A stretch of DNA of 62,514 nt, filler included, from Globobulimina sp. (GCA_003354225.1; 31 parts of 31 records of this genome joined end to end with filler, not necessarily neighbours in it), one strand, 5' to 3'; positions 1 to 12,538 are shown, numbered from the whole stretch's first letter. Program-made: numbers and translations. The notes: generated by a model not told the origin, from the sequence alone.

Positions 1-2
1 AT

Positions 3-1919
3 TAATGTCACAGCTCCGATTAATACAAATCCCAATGCAATCCATGAGATTATAAATGCCAAATCAATGTTAAATAAATATTTATCATCATTTGCGATCA
101 CAATGTAACCATATTGATAATCGTCGGAATTGTTTAATGCCAACGGCTGTATCAAACGCAAATCATTACCCTCCATATCCATGCTCGGTATCATATTCAC
201 ATAAACCATTTCAAATGAAAAGATGGAGACAGAATATCCTTTCTCTGCATCAAAATGCGTGAAACTCTCTTGGAATTCACCATTTATACCCAGTTGTTTT
301 ATATACTTGGCAGTGGATACCACAATTTCTTCGTTTGTTTGCTCGCCATCCTGCAGATATATATCATGCGTAGTCGATGCAATGATGTCTAATTTCGGCG
401 TGGCGATCATAATGACAGTGCCTGTTGGTATCACTATATCCTTTGACAACACAGTATCACTCAAACTATCCACTCTAATTTCGCACAGAAATATGACCAA
501 AGTACCATAAAACTCAACTGCTGCAACCAACGACATTCCAAAATAGCCTTCGGAAAATAAATAGGGTTCGGTCCATATTGCTTTATTTTTATTCTCCCTC
601 GCTAATGTATACCACGCTCGTGACATAACGTCATAATTATTGCAATCTGCTTGCAAGTTATTTATGTACTCAATGGACGCTCCATAGCCATACGCTTTGC
701 TGCAGCTGCCGTTGAAATTCCATATATCCATACTATTGTTGCCACGATATGCGATTAGTAAACTATTATCATCGCCGTTGTATAGACCCAGACTGAAAAC
801 AGATTCCGTGTATGGAATATTACTGAAAGAAACCAGAAAGTCATCGTATTTTCCCTCTGTTTGTGATGCATTGATATGCAAATCACCGCTGAATAAAGCA
901 CCAATGGCCATGGATATTATCATTTGCGGCACCCAGAACTCATCGATTATGGAATGGCACGCACGCTCTCCCAGCGGGTCTATAGTTAAATGAATGTAAT
1001 CTGTTTGCTGCGATAATCCATGCCAATAAAACCAAATAATTATAAACAACGCGCAGCATAGCAAAGGTATGACAGTTAAACATAATAAAGGAATGTATAT
1101 TGTGTCCAGCGATGATACAACAAAGCTGCAACAAAACCTCCCGGCGCAGGTTTCGCCGCATCCACTCTGTATTGCGATATGTTTCTGTTTGGTCCCAAGC
1201 AGATTCAGCTGAGACGTGATGGCTTTGATTGAATTCTTTGCTTTGATTTTGCTTTCTTGCTCTGGCAATAATATGCTTTTATTTTCTTTTTTGTTATTAC
1301 TATTCTCAGCCATTAATTGCTGAACATAGTCATTGCTGGCTTTGTCAGGAGATACTAAAAAATCAAAATAACATTTTTGATACATTTCCCTGAGCAAATC
1401 GTCAGATATCAACACTGCTAAATAGTTATCAATTTTATTAAAAAAATAAACATCCATTTTCCAATATTCTTTGCTTCCGTCCATAAGGTTTGCCCGTAAG
1501 AACCTTACCACGTCGGCAATAATGGCACAATCCTGATAAAACTGCTGGAAAATATGTTGCTCACTGTCTAAGACACCATCGATGATCTCATGCAGCACGT
1601 CAATGGACAAGTGATATTGCGATATAATGTGTGACTGTATACGCGTTTTATCCTTAAAATACACAAATTTTGCTGCATCCGCAGATAACTCCCATCTATG
1701 CTGCGCTGTGTGTGCACTTTTCAAGCGATCAAAATCAGCCTCAATAAAGTTATTATTATTCAGCATGGAACATTCAATCAATAATTCGATTTGTTTGCTG
1801 CCCATTTTACATAGTTCTGCTCCGGAAATCCTATATTGCCAAAACACAGACGCTAAATGCCGCAGTTCCTCGCACGTTTCGAAAAATGCAACAACATTCT
1901 GCCACTTCCAGGTCTGCAT
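3..1919 (-). CDS. SAM-like domain - TM - dCache_1 sensor domain - TM membrane receptor (partial at both ends; absent from the ORF track)
   Basis: Manual translation gives an uninterrupted frame across the contig. MQTWKWQNVVAFFETCEELRHLASVFWQYRISGAELCKMG is SAM-like. TM1 is IYIPLLCLTVIPLLCCALFIIIWFYW. The Cache motif is YDVMSRAWYTLARENKNKAIWTEPYLFSEGYFGMSLVAAV. TM2 is FIISWIALGFVLIGAVTL. Confidence 0.8.
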   Translation of the reverse strand, partial: MQTWKWQNVVAFFETCEELRHLASVFWQYRISGAELCKMGSKQIELLIECSMLNNNNFIEADFDRLKSAHTAQHRWELSADAAKFVYFKDKTRIQSHIISQYHLSIDVLHEIIDGVLDSEQHIFQQFYQDCAIIADVVRFLRANLMDGSKEYWKMDVYFFNKIDNYLAVLISDDLLREMYQKCYFDFLVSPDKASNDYVQQLMAENSNNKKENKSILLPEQESKIKAKNSIKAITSQLNLLGTKQKHIAIQSGCGETCAGRFCCSFVVSSLDTIYIPLLCLTVIPLLCCALFIIIWFYWHGLSQQTDYIHLTIDPLGERACHSIIDEFWVPQMIISMAIGALFSGDLHINASQTEGKYDDFLVSFSNIPYTESVFSLGLYNGDDNSLLIAYRGNNSMDIWNFNGSCSKAYGYGASIEYINNLQADCNNYDVMSRAWYTLARENKNKAIWTEPYLFSEGYFGMSLVAAVEFYGTLVIFLCEIRVDSLSDTVLSKDIVIPTGTVIMIATPKLDIIASTTHDIYLQDGEQTNEEIVVSTAKYIKQLGINGEFQESFTHFDAEKGYSVSIFSFEMVYVNMIPSMDMEGNDLRLIQPLALNNSDDYQYGYIVIANDDKYLFNIDLAFIISWIALGFVLIGAVTL

Positions 1920-2021
1920 TGNNNNNNNNNNNNNNNNNNNNNNNNNNNNNNNNNNNNNNNNNNNNTTAATTAATTAANNNNNNNNNNNNNNNNNNNNNNN
2001 NNNNNNNNNNNNNNNNNNNNN

Positions 2022-3263
2022 GACAATTGGAAAAATAAAGAAAATATTCATAACACTACCAACAAATGTAAAGTGCTGGAAATCAATGGGGAAATATTCT
2101 GTTAACGCATAAAATATGGATTTATACTGCAAAGAATTACAAATATCTGCTTTCTTTGGATTGGAACAATGTATTCTTAACTGTTTATAATGTAAATTGT
2201 CACATTGTTTGCGAACAACAGCATCCATCCACTGATTCAAAACAATATCTTTATTCAAATATTTATTTATCGCAAATATTCGATATATTTCATCTTTGTT
2301 ACTCGTCAAATTAAAGCAGTGCGAAGCATCAATAAATGATATAATTTGATTCAAAATAAGTGATTCTTGTTTCAAATAATATTTGTTGTCCGTAAATCGT
2401 TTGGTTGCTATGCGAGAATGTAAAATGAGTCCAATCCACGAAAAAGCAAATAATTCAGCGACTGTTAATGCGTATAAAATATGACTGCATAAACAGATCC
2501 AATATAATGTGAAATACGGCACATATAACAGCTTATTGTCACATTTTATTGTATCCAGAGAGTGGGTGAAGGATAAAGAAAATACAATGAATACAATCAA
2601 TGCAGAAACTGCATAATAATCATACAGCCAAATATTATACAATGCAGTATGCGATGAACATGTCATTGTAAGTAATAATCGAATATAATCTGCGACCAAA
2701 CAAAGCCACAAAAATAAAAAACTTTTGCAATGAAATTGCGGAATTATATATGAAATATATGTGAATGATTTGGTGATGAAATCGGTGGCCAATGATAGCA
2801 ACACAACATATAAAAAAGTAGTTGATATGACATCATTTTTATAATGGTTGGTGATGACAAGACAAACAATGGCGGATTGAACAAATGAATGAAGTCCAAC
2901 CATAATTCGTGGGGACATATTGCTGTGATTCAAGAAAAACTGATTGATGTTGTTGAGGTTTGGCGGGGTTTCTTTTTGTGAGAATACTGTGCTTAATATC
3001 CTTTTAACCAACGTTCTGGGGATAATACAATATTTTATTAACCATTTTATTAACCGTATGCGCATACGATCCATTCCAATAAACAACGACATTAATACTG
3101 TTACATAACATACCGATGATAGCACAATCCAAATAACTACATTTATATTTGGAAAACGATTGATAAATATTAAATAACCAATCAATGCTAATACAAGCAA
3201 CATGTTTACAATAGAAATATAGCCAATAAATGTTTGATACACTTGTTTTGCAGAGTCAGTCAT
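2022..3263 (-). CDS. Multi-pass membrane protein of unknown function (3' partial)
   Basis: Open frame over 400 aa with about 8 hydrophobic segments; runs into the linker. Confidence 0.65.
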
Positions 3264-3339
3264 TTTGAAACTACAAAAACTTTAATCCGAATCAAAAGTA
3301 TTCAAAATATTAAACTTGCAATAATATTATCTGGTTTTT

Positions 3340-3942
3340 TCAAGCAAGACAAGTTTGTTTCTCATTGTCATTCTTTCTTAAGCTCTTTTTTTGTTTATTT
3401 AATAAATAATGGAAGTTTTCTAATTCATCTAAATCAGCAATATCATTATCACTGACTCGATATTTTATACTTTTTAAATAGTGCGCAACACAGCATTCTA
3501 ATAAATGGCCGTAACAACTTCCTCCATTCAGTTCATTGCAATCATTATAAAACAACAACGCAGAAAATTGTGACTGTCGCAACAAACACGAAATAATGGC
3601 AATTGCCTGAATATCACAATGCAAATAAAACTCATCAATCACTTTTTCAATAAACTGCGCAATATAATTATTTTGATATGGTGAGGCCAATAAAATGTGC
3701 TCAGTTTTTAAAAAAATCGACAACAATTTCAATCTTTTGGATAACCGGTCCAATCCCAACAACTTACATTGATTTGAATTATATAAACACAATAAACAGA
3801 CATCATATTCTTCACTGACTGCCAATTTATGAGTTTTTACCAATTCCTTTGAAAAATTGCACTGTAAAACAAATCCAACAATTCCTGCAAAAAATATCCT
3901 GGCATTTCCCTGTCTATTTTGATGGCATATTTTATGTTTATT
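3340..3942 (-). CDS. Hypothetical protein C-terminus (5' partial)
   Basis: The frame of ORF 3340-3843 stays open to the contig edge; no recognisable motif. Confidence 0.5.
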   Translation of the reverse strand, partial: NKHKICHQNRQGNARIFFAGIVGFVLQCNFSKELVKTHKLAVSEEYDVCLLCLYNSNQCKLLGLDRLSKRLKLLSIFLKTEHILLASPYQNNYIAQFIEKVIDEFYLHCDIQAIAIISCLLRQSQFSALLFYNDCNELNGGSCYGHLLECCVAHYLKSIKYRVSDNDIADLDELENFHYLLNKQKKSLRKNDNEKQTCLA

Positions 3943-4127
3943 NNNNNNNNNNNNNNNNNNNNNNNNNNNNNNNNNNNNNNNNNNNNTTAATTAATTAANN
4001 NNNNNNNNNNNNNNNNNNNNNNNNNNNNNNNNNNNNNNNNNNTATGTTAAATAAATGTTTCATACTTTTGTATTTTTAGTGATTTCATAAATATTACTTA
4101 GTAGAGTTTTTTGCTTAAGTATCATAA

Positions 4128-5349
4128 ATGTCTTCTGGTTCAAAACGGAAGCAGTCAGTCTTGGAAGAATCAATAAGTGATTGTTCGAATTTATCACCAC
4201 CACCAAAAAAAATAAAACATAGTCAAAATGAAGAACTGTATGATGAAGAATCTAAAGAAGACAATGGCCAAATGATTACAGTTATTATTGGAAAGCAAAA
4301 AGAACAATTCTCAGCAAAAGAATTATGTATTTTGCCTTATTTTGAAGCGCTGCTATCAGACAGATGGAACAACGCAAATAATAATAATAACAATAATAAT
4401 GTCACAGATACTAATATTTCAATTTCAAATGAAGATCCATTTATATTTTCCATGAAGGATTTATGCATTTTATTATCATATTATAATAATAATAATAAGT
4501 TTGCTATTCCAATCGATTTAAATCCTCAAACCCAATTATTATCCTTCATACATTGCGTTACCTTTTGTGGCGTCGATATAAATGTTGGAATATTAACAAA
4601 TTATTATAATAACTGTCCAGTAGTAATTGATAATGATTCGTTAATCCAATGGAAATCATCCAATATACCACAAATTGTTGAATTTGCAGCAAAAATGCAT
4701 AACCAAAGACAAAACTAGGTGTTAAAAGATAACTCATTTAATTCAATCCTCACAGCCCAATGTAGTAAATATCCGTCGTGACCCAAGTGTTATCGCACAC
4801 TTTGAAAAAACAATTAATTTTTTATTGACTAATTATGATAAAAATTGCAATTTAAAACCTGTTATTGGTGCATTGCATGGAAGTGTACGATTCACGCTTT
4901 GTCGATGTCGATATGGATGCGTGGGATTCAAAAGCGACAGACGGCAAATAACCAAAATCTTGAATTTATTATTGAAAGTATTTGTGGATTTTGCAAAAAA
5001 TGGTGTGTGTTTTGACGAGATCCATAAAGATTTAATATCGTTAATGACAGTACTTTGTGGCAATTCGCTGTTTGTGTTTGATTTGGGTGTAAAGCAGTTA
5101 TGGTGCGGAATGGTGGTATATTTATTTAAAACTGCAGATGGGAAATTGATTGAAGATATAATTTGTAACACATTACATATACTTTTGGAGAATGAGGAAA
5201 TGATGAAAGAAATATTTGAAGCCGTTAATAATAAAACTGGTCAACGAGTTGCTATGGCGATTTTGAAATGGAATCTGAGTAAATCACACAAGAAAAATAA
5301 TTATACTCATTTCTGTTCTAAATATTTTAATCCTATGATTCATAAATGA
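4128..5349 (+). CDS. BTB/POZ-like protein, split into two ORFs (4128-4718 and 4825-5349; intron or disruption)
   Basis: ITVIIGKQKEQFSAKELCILPYFEALLSDRW resembles the start of a BTB domain; NLS-like PPPKKIK; join not resolved. Confidence 0.45.
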
Positions 5350-5532
5350 ACTAAAATATGTATACATCTCTTAAAGATTTTAAATACTTATTATTTTAAA
5401 TACTAAAAACATTAATAATACTAAAAAAAAACATTACTTTTTAAATCATGTCGTCAGTGTGGCTACTTTTGTTGTTAAATGTACAAATCTACTCATTTGC
5501 CATTCGCGACGAAGCAGTTCACGACGAAGCAA

Positions 5533-5963
5533 ATGTTCATCGATTACATCATTATCAGATTGGTTGAAACATTGGAATTAGGATTGCTTGGAATTGAAGG
5601 AGGGTATTTCTCTGAAACATATCGTTCACAAACAATGAACAGCCTCAACAGCAATATATTATGTGATTACACCAAATTCATTTTCTACATTACATCGAGT
5701 AAAATGGGATGAAATTTGGCATTTTTATATGGGAGATCCTGTTGAAATGTTTTTAATTTATCAAAATGGAACACATGAAATTGTCACTCTAGGAAATGAT
5801 ATTTTGAATGGGCAGAAAGTGCAATTTGTGGTATTTTCACAAGTTTGGCAAGGCACAAAAATGAGAAATAGCCATGGAAGAAGTCACAATATTTATGGAT
5901 ATTCCTTATTTGGCGCAACTGTTGCCCCATGATTTGAATATGAAGATTTTGAATCAGGAGATA
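5533..5963 (+). pseudogene. Cupin_5 (DUF985/YML079W-like) pseudogene
   Basis: LELGLLGIEGGYFSETYRS, then a frameshift near 5640, then STAIYYVITPNSFSTLHRVKWDEIWHFYMGDP...YSLFGATVAP*FEYEDFE. The TGA at 5930-5932 replaces the conserved Gly of VAPGF. Confidence 0.8.
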
Positions 5964-6293
5964 NNNNNNNNNNNNNNNNNNNNNNNNNNNNNNNNNNNNN
6001 NNNNNNNTTAATTAATTAANNNNNNNNNNNNNNNNNNNNNNNNNNNNNNNNNNNNNNNNNNNNGCTTTGATAGAAAAAATATTAAATGGTGGTTTATGAA
6101 AAGGCACATATAAGGGATAACTGAAAATAATTGTTTTTGCTGAAAATAATTGTCTTACTCAAAACACTCAAAAGACCATTCAGAATGACTGTTGAAAATT
6201 ATTCCAATATTGAATAAATGTAAAACCAAACAAACGAAAAACTTAACGTGAAGTTTTTTTCTTGCATAGAACTATTCACTCAAAAAGAAGAGA

Positions 6294-7984
6294 ATGTCGC
6301 CTGTGTTAATCATTCTAATAATCATAACATGTTTAATCACAACTAATCACAGCCAACTAATCACACTGCAACAATTTGGCTCTGCCACATCAAGTTAAAC
6401 AATCGATTTTGATCAAACGAATGCTAAATTAACACTAAATTAATTCAAACGAAAACAAAAGAATATGTTATACTAATCAGTGACGCACCATTTAATTGGT
6501 TTGATGCCAGAATCCACTGCACCAATACAGGATACGTAATGTCCCAAATTAACACCACAACGCAACACCAGGAAATTGTAGGCATCATTGCATCCATATC
6601 AATAACAACTACATCATGCTGGATGGGCGCATATGGCCTTTTTACTACGAATACGACTATTGAGTGGTACTGGGAGTATGAACCCTTTCGTCAATTATGG
6701 GATGAACAGCTTGCAGCGCAGTATATGGTTGAGCCAAAATTTGGGATCGATAAAACTTTTATGCAGGGACTACTCATCAGAACTTCAGGTAAAAACGGTA
6801 ATGAAGCTTCATGGTCTTATGGCGACGCAGACATTGCATTTCAAAATGGTCCAAATGTAAGAAGCTGTGTCGTTTGTTTAAATAACACCAACTATCCACC
6901 GATAGCAACGACAGAACCAAGTAATGAACCAACATCATCACCAACGCTACAACCTATACGCACTCCAAGTATGTAATTATGTATATCCGATACACGGTTT
7001 ATTATTATATTTGTATCAAATGTTTGCAATATACATCGTTACGGCATATAGCTGCAACACCAACTGTTTCTCAAATAATAGCTACAACGACAAATAATCC
7101 GTCAATTTACCCAACAAATAACCCGTCAATTTACCCAACATTAATTCCGTCAATTCCGCCTAGTTTAAATCCAACACGTAACCCATCAAAATCACCATCA
7201 AAATCACCATCAATCTCACCATCAATATCACCAACCATAAGGCCAACAGTTTTACCAACAAAAAATCCGACAATTCCACCTACAAAACATCCAACTGTAC
7301 AACCAAGCAAATCACCTACGTTTAATCCGTCTGTATCACCTACACACAATCCGACCAATAATCCAACGCCAAATCCTACATTTACCCCAACAATATCACC
7401 AACCACACGGAAACCAACACCATCTCCATCAACAGATCCGACACAATCTCCGACCACCGACCCCACTCAAATTCCAACACAGCACCCAACCACTGACCCC
7501 ACTCAAATACCTACAAGTTTTGAGCATAAACTGTTTTTTATACATTTTTAAGCTAGGTTACTATGAAAGTTTTTTTTTACATAATGGCAGCGTTGCCAAC
7601 GCTTGTACCATCACTTGTACCCAGCACGGCGCCACCCATACAAGATTGGAGCAATATCGACGACAACATAGCAGAATTACAATTGGATTATTGGACAAAC
7701 CAAACATGTGACTGGGAAGCACTAAAATGTGGGCATTGTCTGGAAATTCTACGTATTGAAATACAGCAACATTACGCAGGAGAACCCGTGACCGCGCACG
7801 AAACTTTATTCCCTCAATACGACGCATACGAGCAATGTGACTGTGTAGGCGGCGTTGGAGAAGAAAGCAATAATACATTAACCATATACGGTACAAACAA
7901 CACAGCGACATTAACTTTTACAGTCAGCACAGCGGACTTGGACCCCGACGATATAACTTTGAACATCTCCAACTGGGCCTATTC
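6294..7984 (+). CDS. Secreted/surface C-type lectin domain protein with a Pro/Thr (xPTxxP) mucin-like stalk (3' partial)
   Basis: Signal peptide MSPVLIILIIITCLITTNHS; CTLD-like FNWFDARIHC...SCWMGA...WYW; phase-1 GT-AG introns 6394-6461, 6969-7051 and 7517-7590 join three ORF-track ORFs in frame. Confidence 0.75.
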
Positions 7985-8084
7985 NNNNNNNNNNNNNNNN
8001 NNNNNNNNNNNNNNNNNNNNNNNNNNNNTTAATTAATTAANNNNNNNNNNNNNNNNNNNNNNNNNNNNNNNNNNNNNNNNNNNN

Positions 8085-10005
8085 TTTAGTAAAATAAGAG
8101 ATTTTTATCAAATAAAAGGATGGATTGCGATGAGTTTTGTTAATGAAGCACTTGAAATAACATTGCAATCACTTTCTTTGTTATTATATAATGGCTACAA
8201 TGTAGTCGATGCAAATAATGTGAATGCTATTTATTTAGCACACAAACCAAAATTCATTATTCTGTTTACCATATTTTTAGCAATGAATTGTTTCGGCTGT
8301 GGTATTATTTGGTTGCTATACACATTAATTCCAAATAAATGCTATGGATTACAGCTTAAATTTTCAATATTTTTTATCGATCAATTTTCAGACTTATTTT
8401 ATTCCATATTTCCAATTATTATCGTTTATTATGATGAATATAACAATTTTACAAATCTTGAAACTGCAGAAAAAACATTATATGTTTTATTAGGCCAATT
8501 AAGCATCGATTCGACGCTGGTATTTATTGCAACATTTATGCCGTTATTTCTATTGTTAAATAAATGTTTATTTGTTATACTTAAATCCATCAAGGTAGCT
8601 AGTGAAGGAATTAAATATCAGATTTATATATTTGTGTTTCTGTTATATCGCATCGCACATTCAAATAATTATAACAACAGAAACATATTAAAATATATAA
8701 ATCCGATCCATTATATAATGATTCTGTGACACGTAAAGGGAACAAGAGATAATTATTTTAATCAATGGAAATTTGTTCAAGATTTGACAAAACAAACAAA
8801 TGATAAATCTGCGGCTTATAAAGCCCAATTAAATGGATTTAAACTGAGCACAAATGCTCTCACAGTGAATAAGGGAGAAATCTATGATTCAAACGGTGAT
8901 TTAATATTAAATTATCAAACTCAGCTAACAAAATCTAAAAGAAAGTTGATGAAAAGTTGGACGCAACAAAATAATGTTAAAAAAATATCAATTACTTTTA
9001 TATCATTGACCTATATCGTTTATGGCATAACAATATTAATTTTAGTATCAAATTTCTTTAATAAATCGGCATCTCATTGCAATCTAATAAAAGAAACTAA
9101 TTTTTTTGATAATAATGGCTCGTTAAACTGGCATAATATGACATTATCAGAGGAGGAACAATATATTTTACAAACAACGCCTGAATTATTTTTGTGGGAT
9201 AACTGTTTATATAAAGTATATCCATTCCAATTCACAAAAAACATAAATTACAAATGTCAATGTCGAGTTTTAATGATTGAAAATTGGGGCGAATTGAAAT
9301 CAAATGCAATGGACAGAAACAAATATTTTAATTTAACACAGCACAAGATTTTGATGGGAATGTTAAACCATTGGTATATGCTCGAAAAGTTCCATATTAA
9401 TGGCATTGAAGACAAATCAGTTCAATATTCATTAAAATCGTCCATATTTAACGATAAATCCTCATCTGCCATGAAAGCATTTGCATGGAACGGCCCTTCA
9501 ATCGTATCAATTGAAAATGGGATATTCTCCAAATGGAAGAATTTGGAATATTTAAAATTTACAGATGTTGGAGGCATTGATAAGTTGCCAAACGACTTTA
9601 ATAATTTGAAAGAAATAAAGTATTTATCATTTAAATCAAGCGGATTAACAGAATTTGATGAATCTATTTGTCAATTAACAAAATTAAAAATATTACAAGT
9701 TGAGCGTGAAAGATTGGTGTCTTTGCCGTTTTGTATTGAACAGTTACAAAGTTTGCAACAAGCAATATTTGACCTGAATATTGCATTAATTAATGTACCG
9801 TTGGCGATATTTAGTTTACCCAATTTAATGGATTTAAGTTTGTTTCGATCGGCAATTAATTATCAACATTTATTGTCGTATAACTTAGCAAATAACAGTA
9901 TGGATATCGATATTAATGATTCGACTGCGACCAATAAATGGTTTGATGACAACTTCAAATGGAATGAAGAATTAGTTGCAGATTATTGGTTGGCACTCAC
10001 TCCCA
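8085..10005 (+). CDS. Multi-TM protein with C-terminal leucine-rich repeats (partial at both ends)
   Basis: TM region (NEALEITLQ..., FIDQFSDLFYSIFP), phase-0 intron 8595-8738, then LRRs KLPNDFNNLKEIKYLSF / SICQLTKLKILQV / SLPFCIEQLQSLQQ / AIFSLPNLMDLSL. Confidence 0.75.
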
Positions 10006-10375
10006 NNNNNNNNNNNNNNNNNNNNNNNNNNNNNNNNNNNNNNNNNNNNTTAATTAATTAANNNNNNNNNNNNNNNNNNNNNNNNNNNNNNNNNNNNNNN
10101 NNNNNGAACAAAAAAGTCCTCAGATAAATGTAGCTAGTTCACAATAATTTTGACAAAACTCCATGGAAGAGCTTATTACGTCACGCTTCTTCCCGGAGGA
10201 TAAATCACATCAATGCCAGGGTATATATATGTAGTGATATGAATAAAAGTGTTGACTGAATCTGATGAATAGTCATGGATTCATTTGGATAAACCCGAAA
10301 ACACACAAAAACACCGATCTTAAGTACACAATTAACTACGTATTAAGCTACCTTTCACTTTATATAATAGTATAT

Positions 10376-12026
10376 CTACCGGATAGGATGCTGATGCACT
10401 CCTTCTTTGCCGTCAAAATCCGGCTTAACAATTGGCGATTTCATATCATACTGCTGCTTAAACTGAGAGACAATGTCCTGATTATTTTTAACTATTTTCT
10501 CCAATGAATGTCCAATTGAACCAAAATCAACCTCAGCACCGCCACAATCACTAAATATCCCCGCATCCAACAACTGCTTTGCAGTCAGCCGTTGATGCAT
10601 TTTTGGCTGCAAACATTTGGATATTATAAACAATATTTCTTTATTCCCCACACAAACACCATTATTATGTAAACCATCCGCAATATCAACAGGCGACGCT
10701 TTCAATTTTATTATTTTATCCATAACCTCAATGGGTGCTATTTTATGCCACAACGGTTTGGCAGTTAACATTTCAACCAAAGTCATGCCAAAACTCCAAA
10801 TGTCGCTCATCCGCTCCACGGCCGCTCCATTTATTACTTGCGGCGACATCCAATGCAAAGACGAATAGTAATCTTGCTGCGTACATATGGTTTGTAAGCA
10901 CTGTGATAAGCCAACATCACTTAATTTGATTTCGTTCGCATGAGTCAGTAAAAGATTGCTCCCTTTAATGCCGCCGTGGATGATATCATTCCAATGCAAA
11001 TAACAAAGTGTTGACAATATTTGCTTTGCGAACTTCATCGTGATATCCAGCGGCAATCCGCCATGAATAGTGACCAGCCGCTGAATGGACGACTTCTTAA
11101 AAAAAGGCAAAAAAATGCTCAACTTTCTATTGTTTATGCTATAGCCCAATATCTGGACAATGCCGCCATTATTTTTTAATTTCCTCAACAACACATTGCA
11201 TAAATTCGACTTGAAGATTTCCAGCGAGTCATTGAACTGCGATTGAGAGGTCAAATGAAACTGTTTTACCACACAAATTGTCCGTTTATTCAGATCCATG
11301 GTCAAATACAATTTGCCAAATGAGCCCGATCCAATGCACGGTCCTCGCATTAAATTGCGACATTTTTCGTTTGTGTTTAACTTTTGCCGTTTAAGCCCAT
11401 CCAATGCATCGAGCGTAGCGAAACTAGTCTGGGTCAATGTGGCTGTCGTTGCTAATGAATTATGCGGAACTGTAATGTTTGCGGGGCGAAGGGTTGCTGG
11501 TTTTGGCCGTTTCCGTCGGTTTGTTTTGCTTTTTGTGCGCAATTTTAATGCGATGCAGGCAATCCACAGAGATAAAGCAACAATGACCAACAATAAGGCA
11601 ATGATTACACACTCTTCTTTTCTTAAAGCGAACCGGTTTAAATTTCTATTCCCAATGTACTGCGTTTGGATCATGCAGTTTTCGTATCGTACTGCTCTTT
11701 GTGGTGCGCGAGCGTCCATATTATACAAAGACAATGACAGAGTGTGTTCGCCGTTGAAGCCGTAATAGACCCTCCCCGGCTGAATCCGAATGCAAATAGG
11801 AACATTTCGTTGCAGTGTGATGATTTCCTGCGGTGTGGCAGTGGGACTTTTGCAGAGTATCTTTTTTACTTTGTCTTTATTACAGAAATTCGTCCAAAGG
11901 GGCGATGAGGTGGCAGTGGTCGAGATTGCATTCATTGGACAACATCGTATTTTAAAAAAGAACGTGTCGTCTGTGAATTGAATGGATGCATTGACGTATG
12001 TTTCCGCTCTGCCTTTGTCGCAGTCA
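10376..12026 (-). CDS. Single-pass receptor-like STE11/MAP3K-type pseudokinase (5' partial)
   Basis: TM CVIIALLLVIVALSLWIACIAL; GSGSFGKLY, CVVK and SDIWSFG present; HRD->HGG, DFG->DVG, APE->SPQ; frame open to the contig edge. Confidence 0.85.
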
Positions 12027-12126
12027 NNNNNNNNNNNNNNNNNNNNNNNNNNNNNNNNNNNNNNNNNNNNTTAATTAATTAANNNNNNNNNNNNNNNNNN
12101 NNNNNNNNNNNNNNNNNNNNNNNNNN

Positions 12127-12336
12127 AACACTATGTTTTATTTTTTTAATCAAACTAACGGGAAGTATGAATTTATTAAATTAAGAGATATTGATTTTGA
12201 AAAAAATAAACAGAAATGGTTGACGAAATCTGTTATGTCAATTCCATATAAAAGAAAAAAATTAGTAATGCATATGGCTAATAATGAGAGTATTTACCAT
12301 CATAATGATGAGAAATCCAATAAAAGCAATTTATAA
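12127..12336 (+). CDS. C-terminal fragment of an unknown protein
   Basis: Short open frame from the contig edge to TAA. Confidence 0.3.
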   Translation, partial: NTMFYFFNQTNGKYEFIKLRDIDFEKNKQKWLTKSVMSIPYKRKKLVMHMANNESIYHHNDEKSNKSNL

Positions 12337-12538
12337 TATCTTTTTAATGGAATCATTGACAGCTTTTTTTTTCACACATGTTTATTTTATTTTGTAGCGT
12401 GATTTTGACGAATAATAATAAATTGATGTTTTAGTATTTCGAATTGATGTTTTAGTATTTCGCTTAGCCTGAAGTTTTTAAGATCTTACATCTAGACTGT
12501 GCTTTAAATATGTCGCCGTGAAATTGACCGCTAATCTT

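Noticed and set aside
223-1977. Plus-strand ORFs 223-510, 697-993 and 1627-1977
   Set aside because: Antisense shadows of the long minus-strand Cache receptor frame.
5930-5932. TGA read as Gly (code 25) or Sec
   Set aside because: The same gene also has a frameshift, TGA acts as a stop in other genes here, and GGA->TGA is a single substitution.
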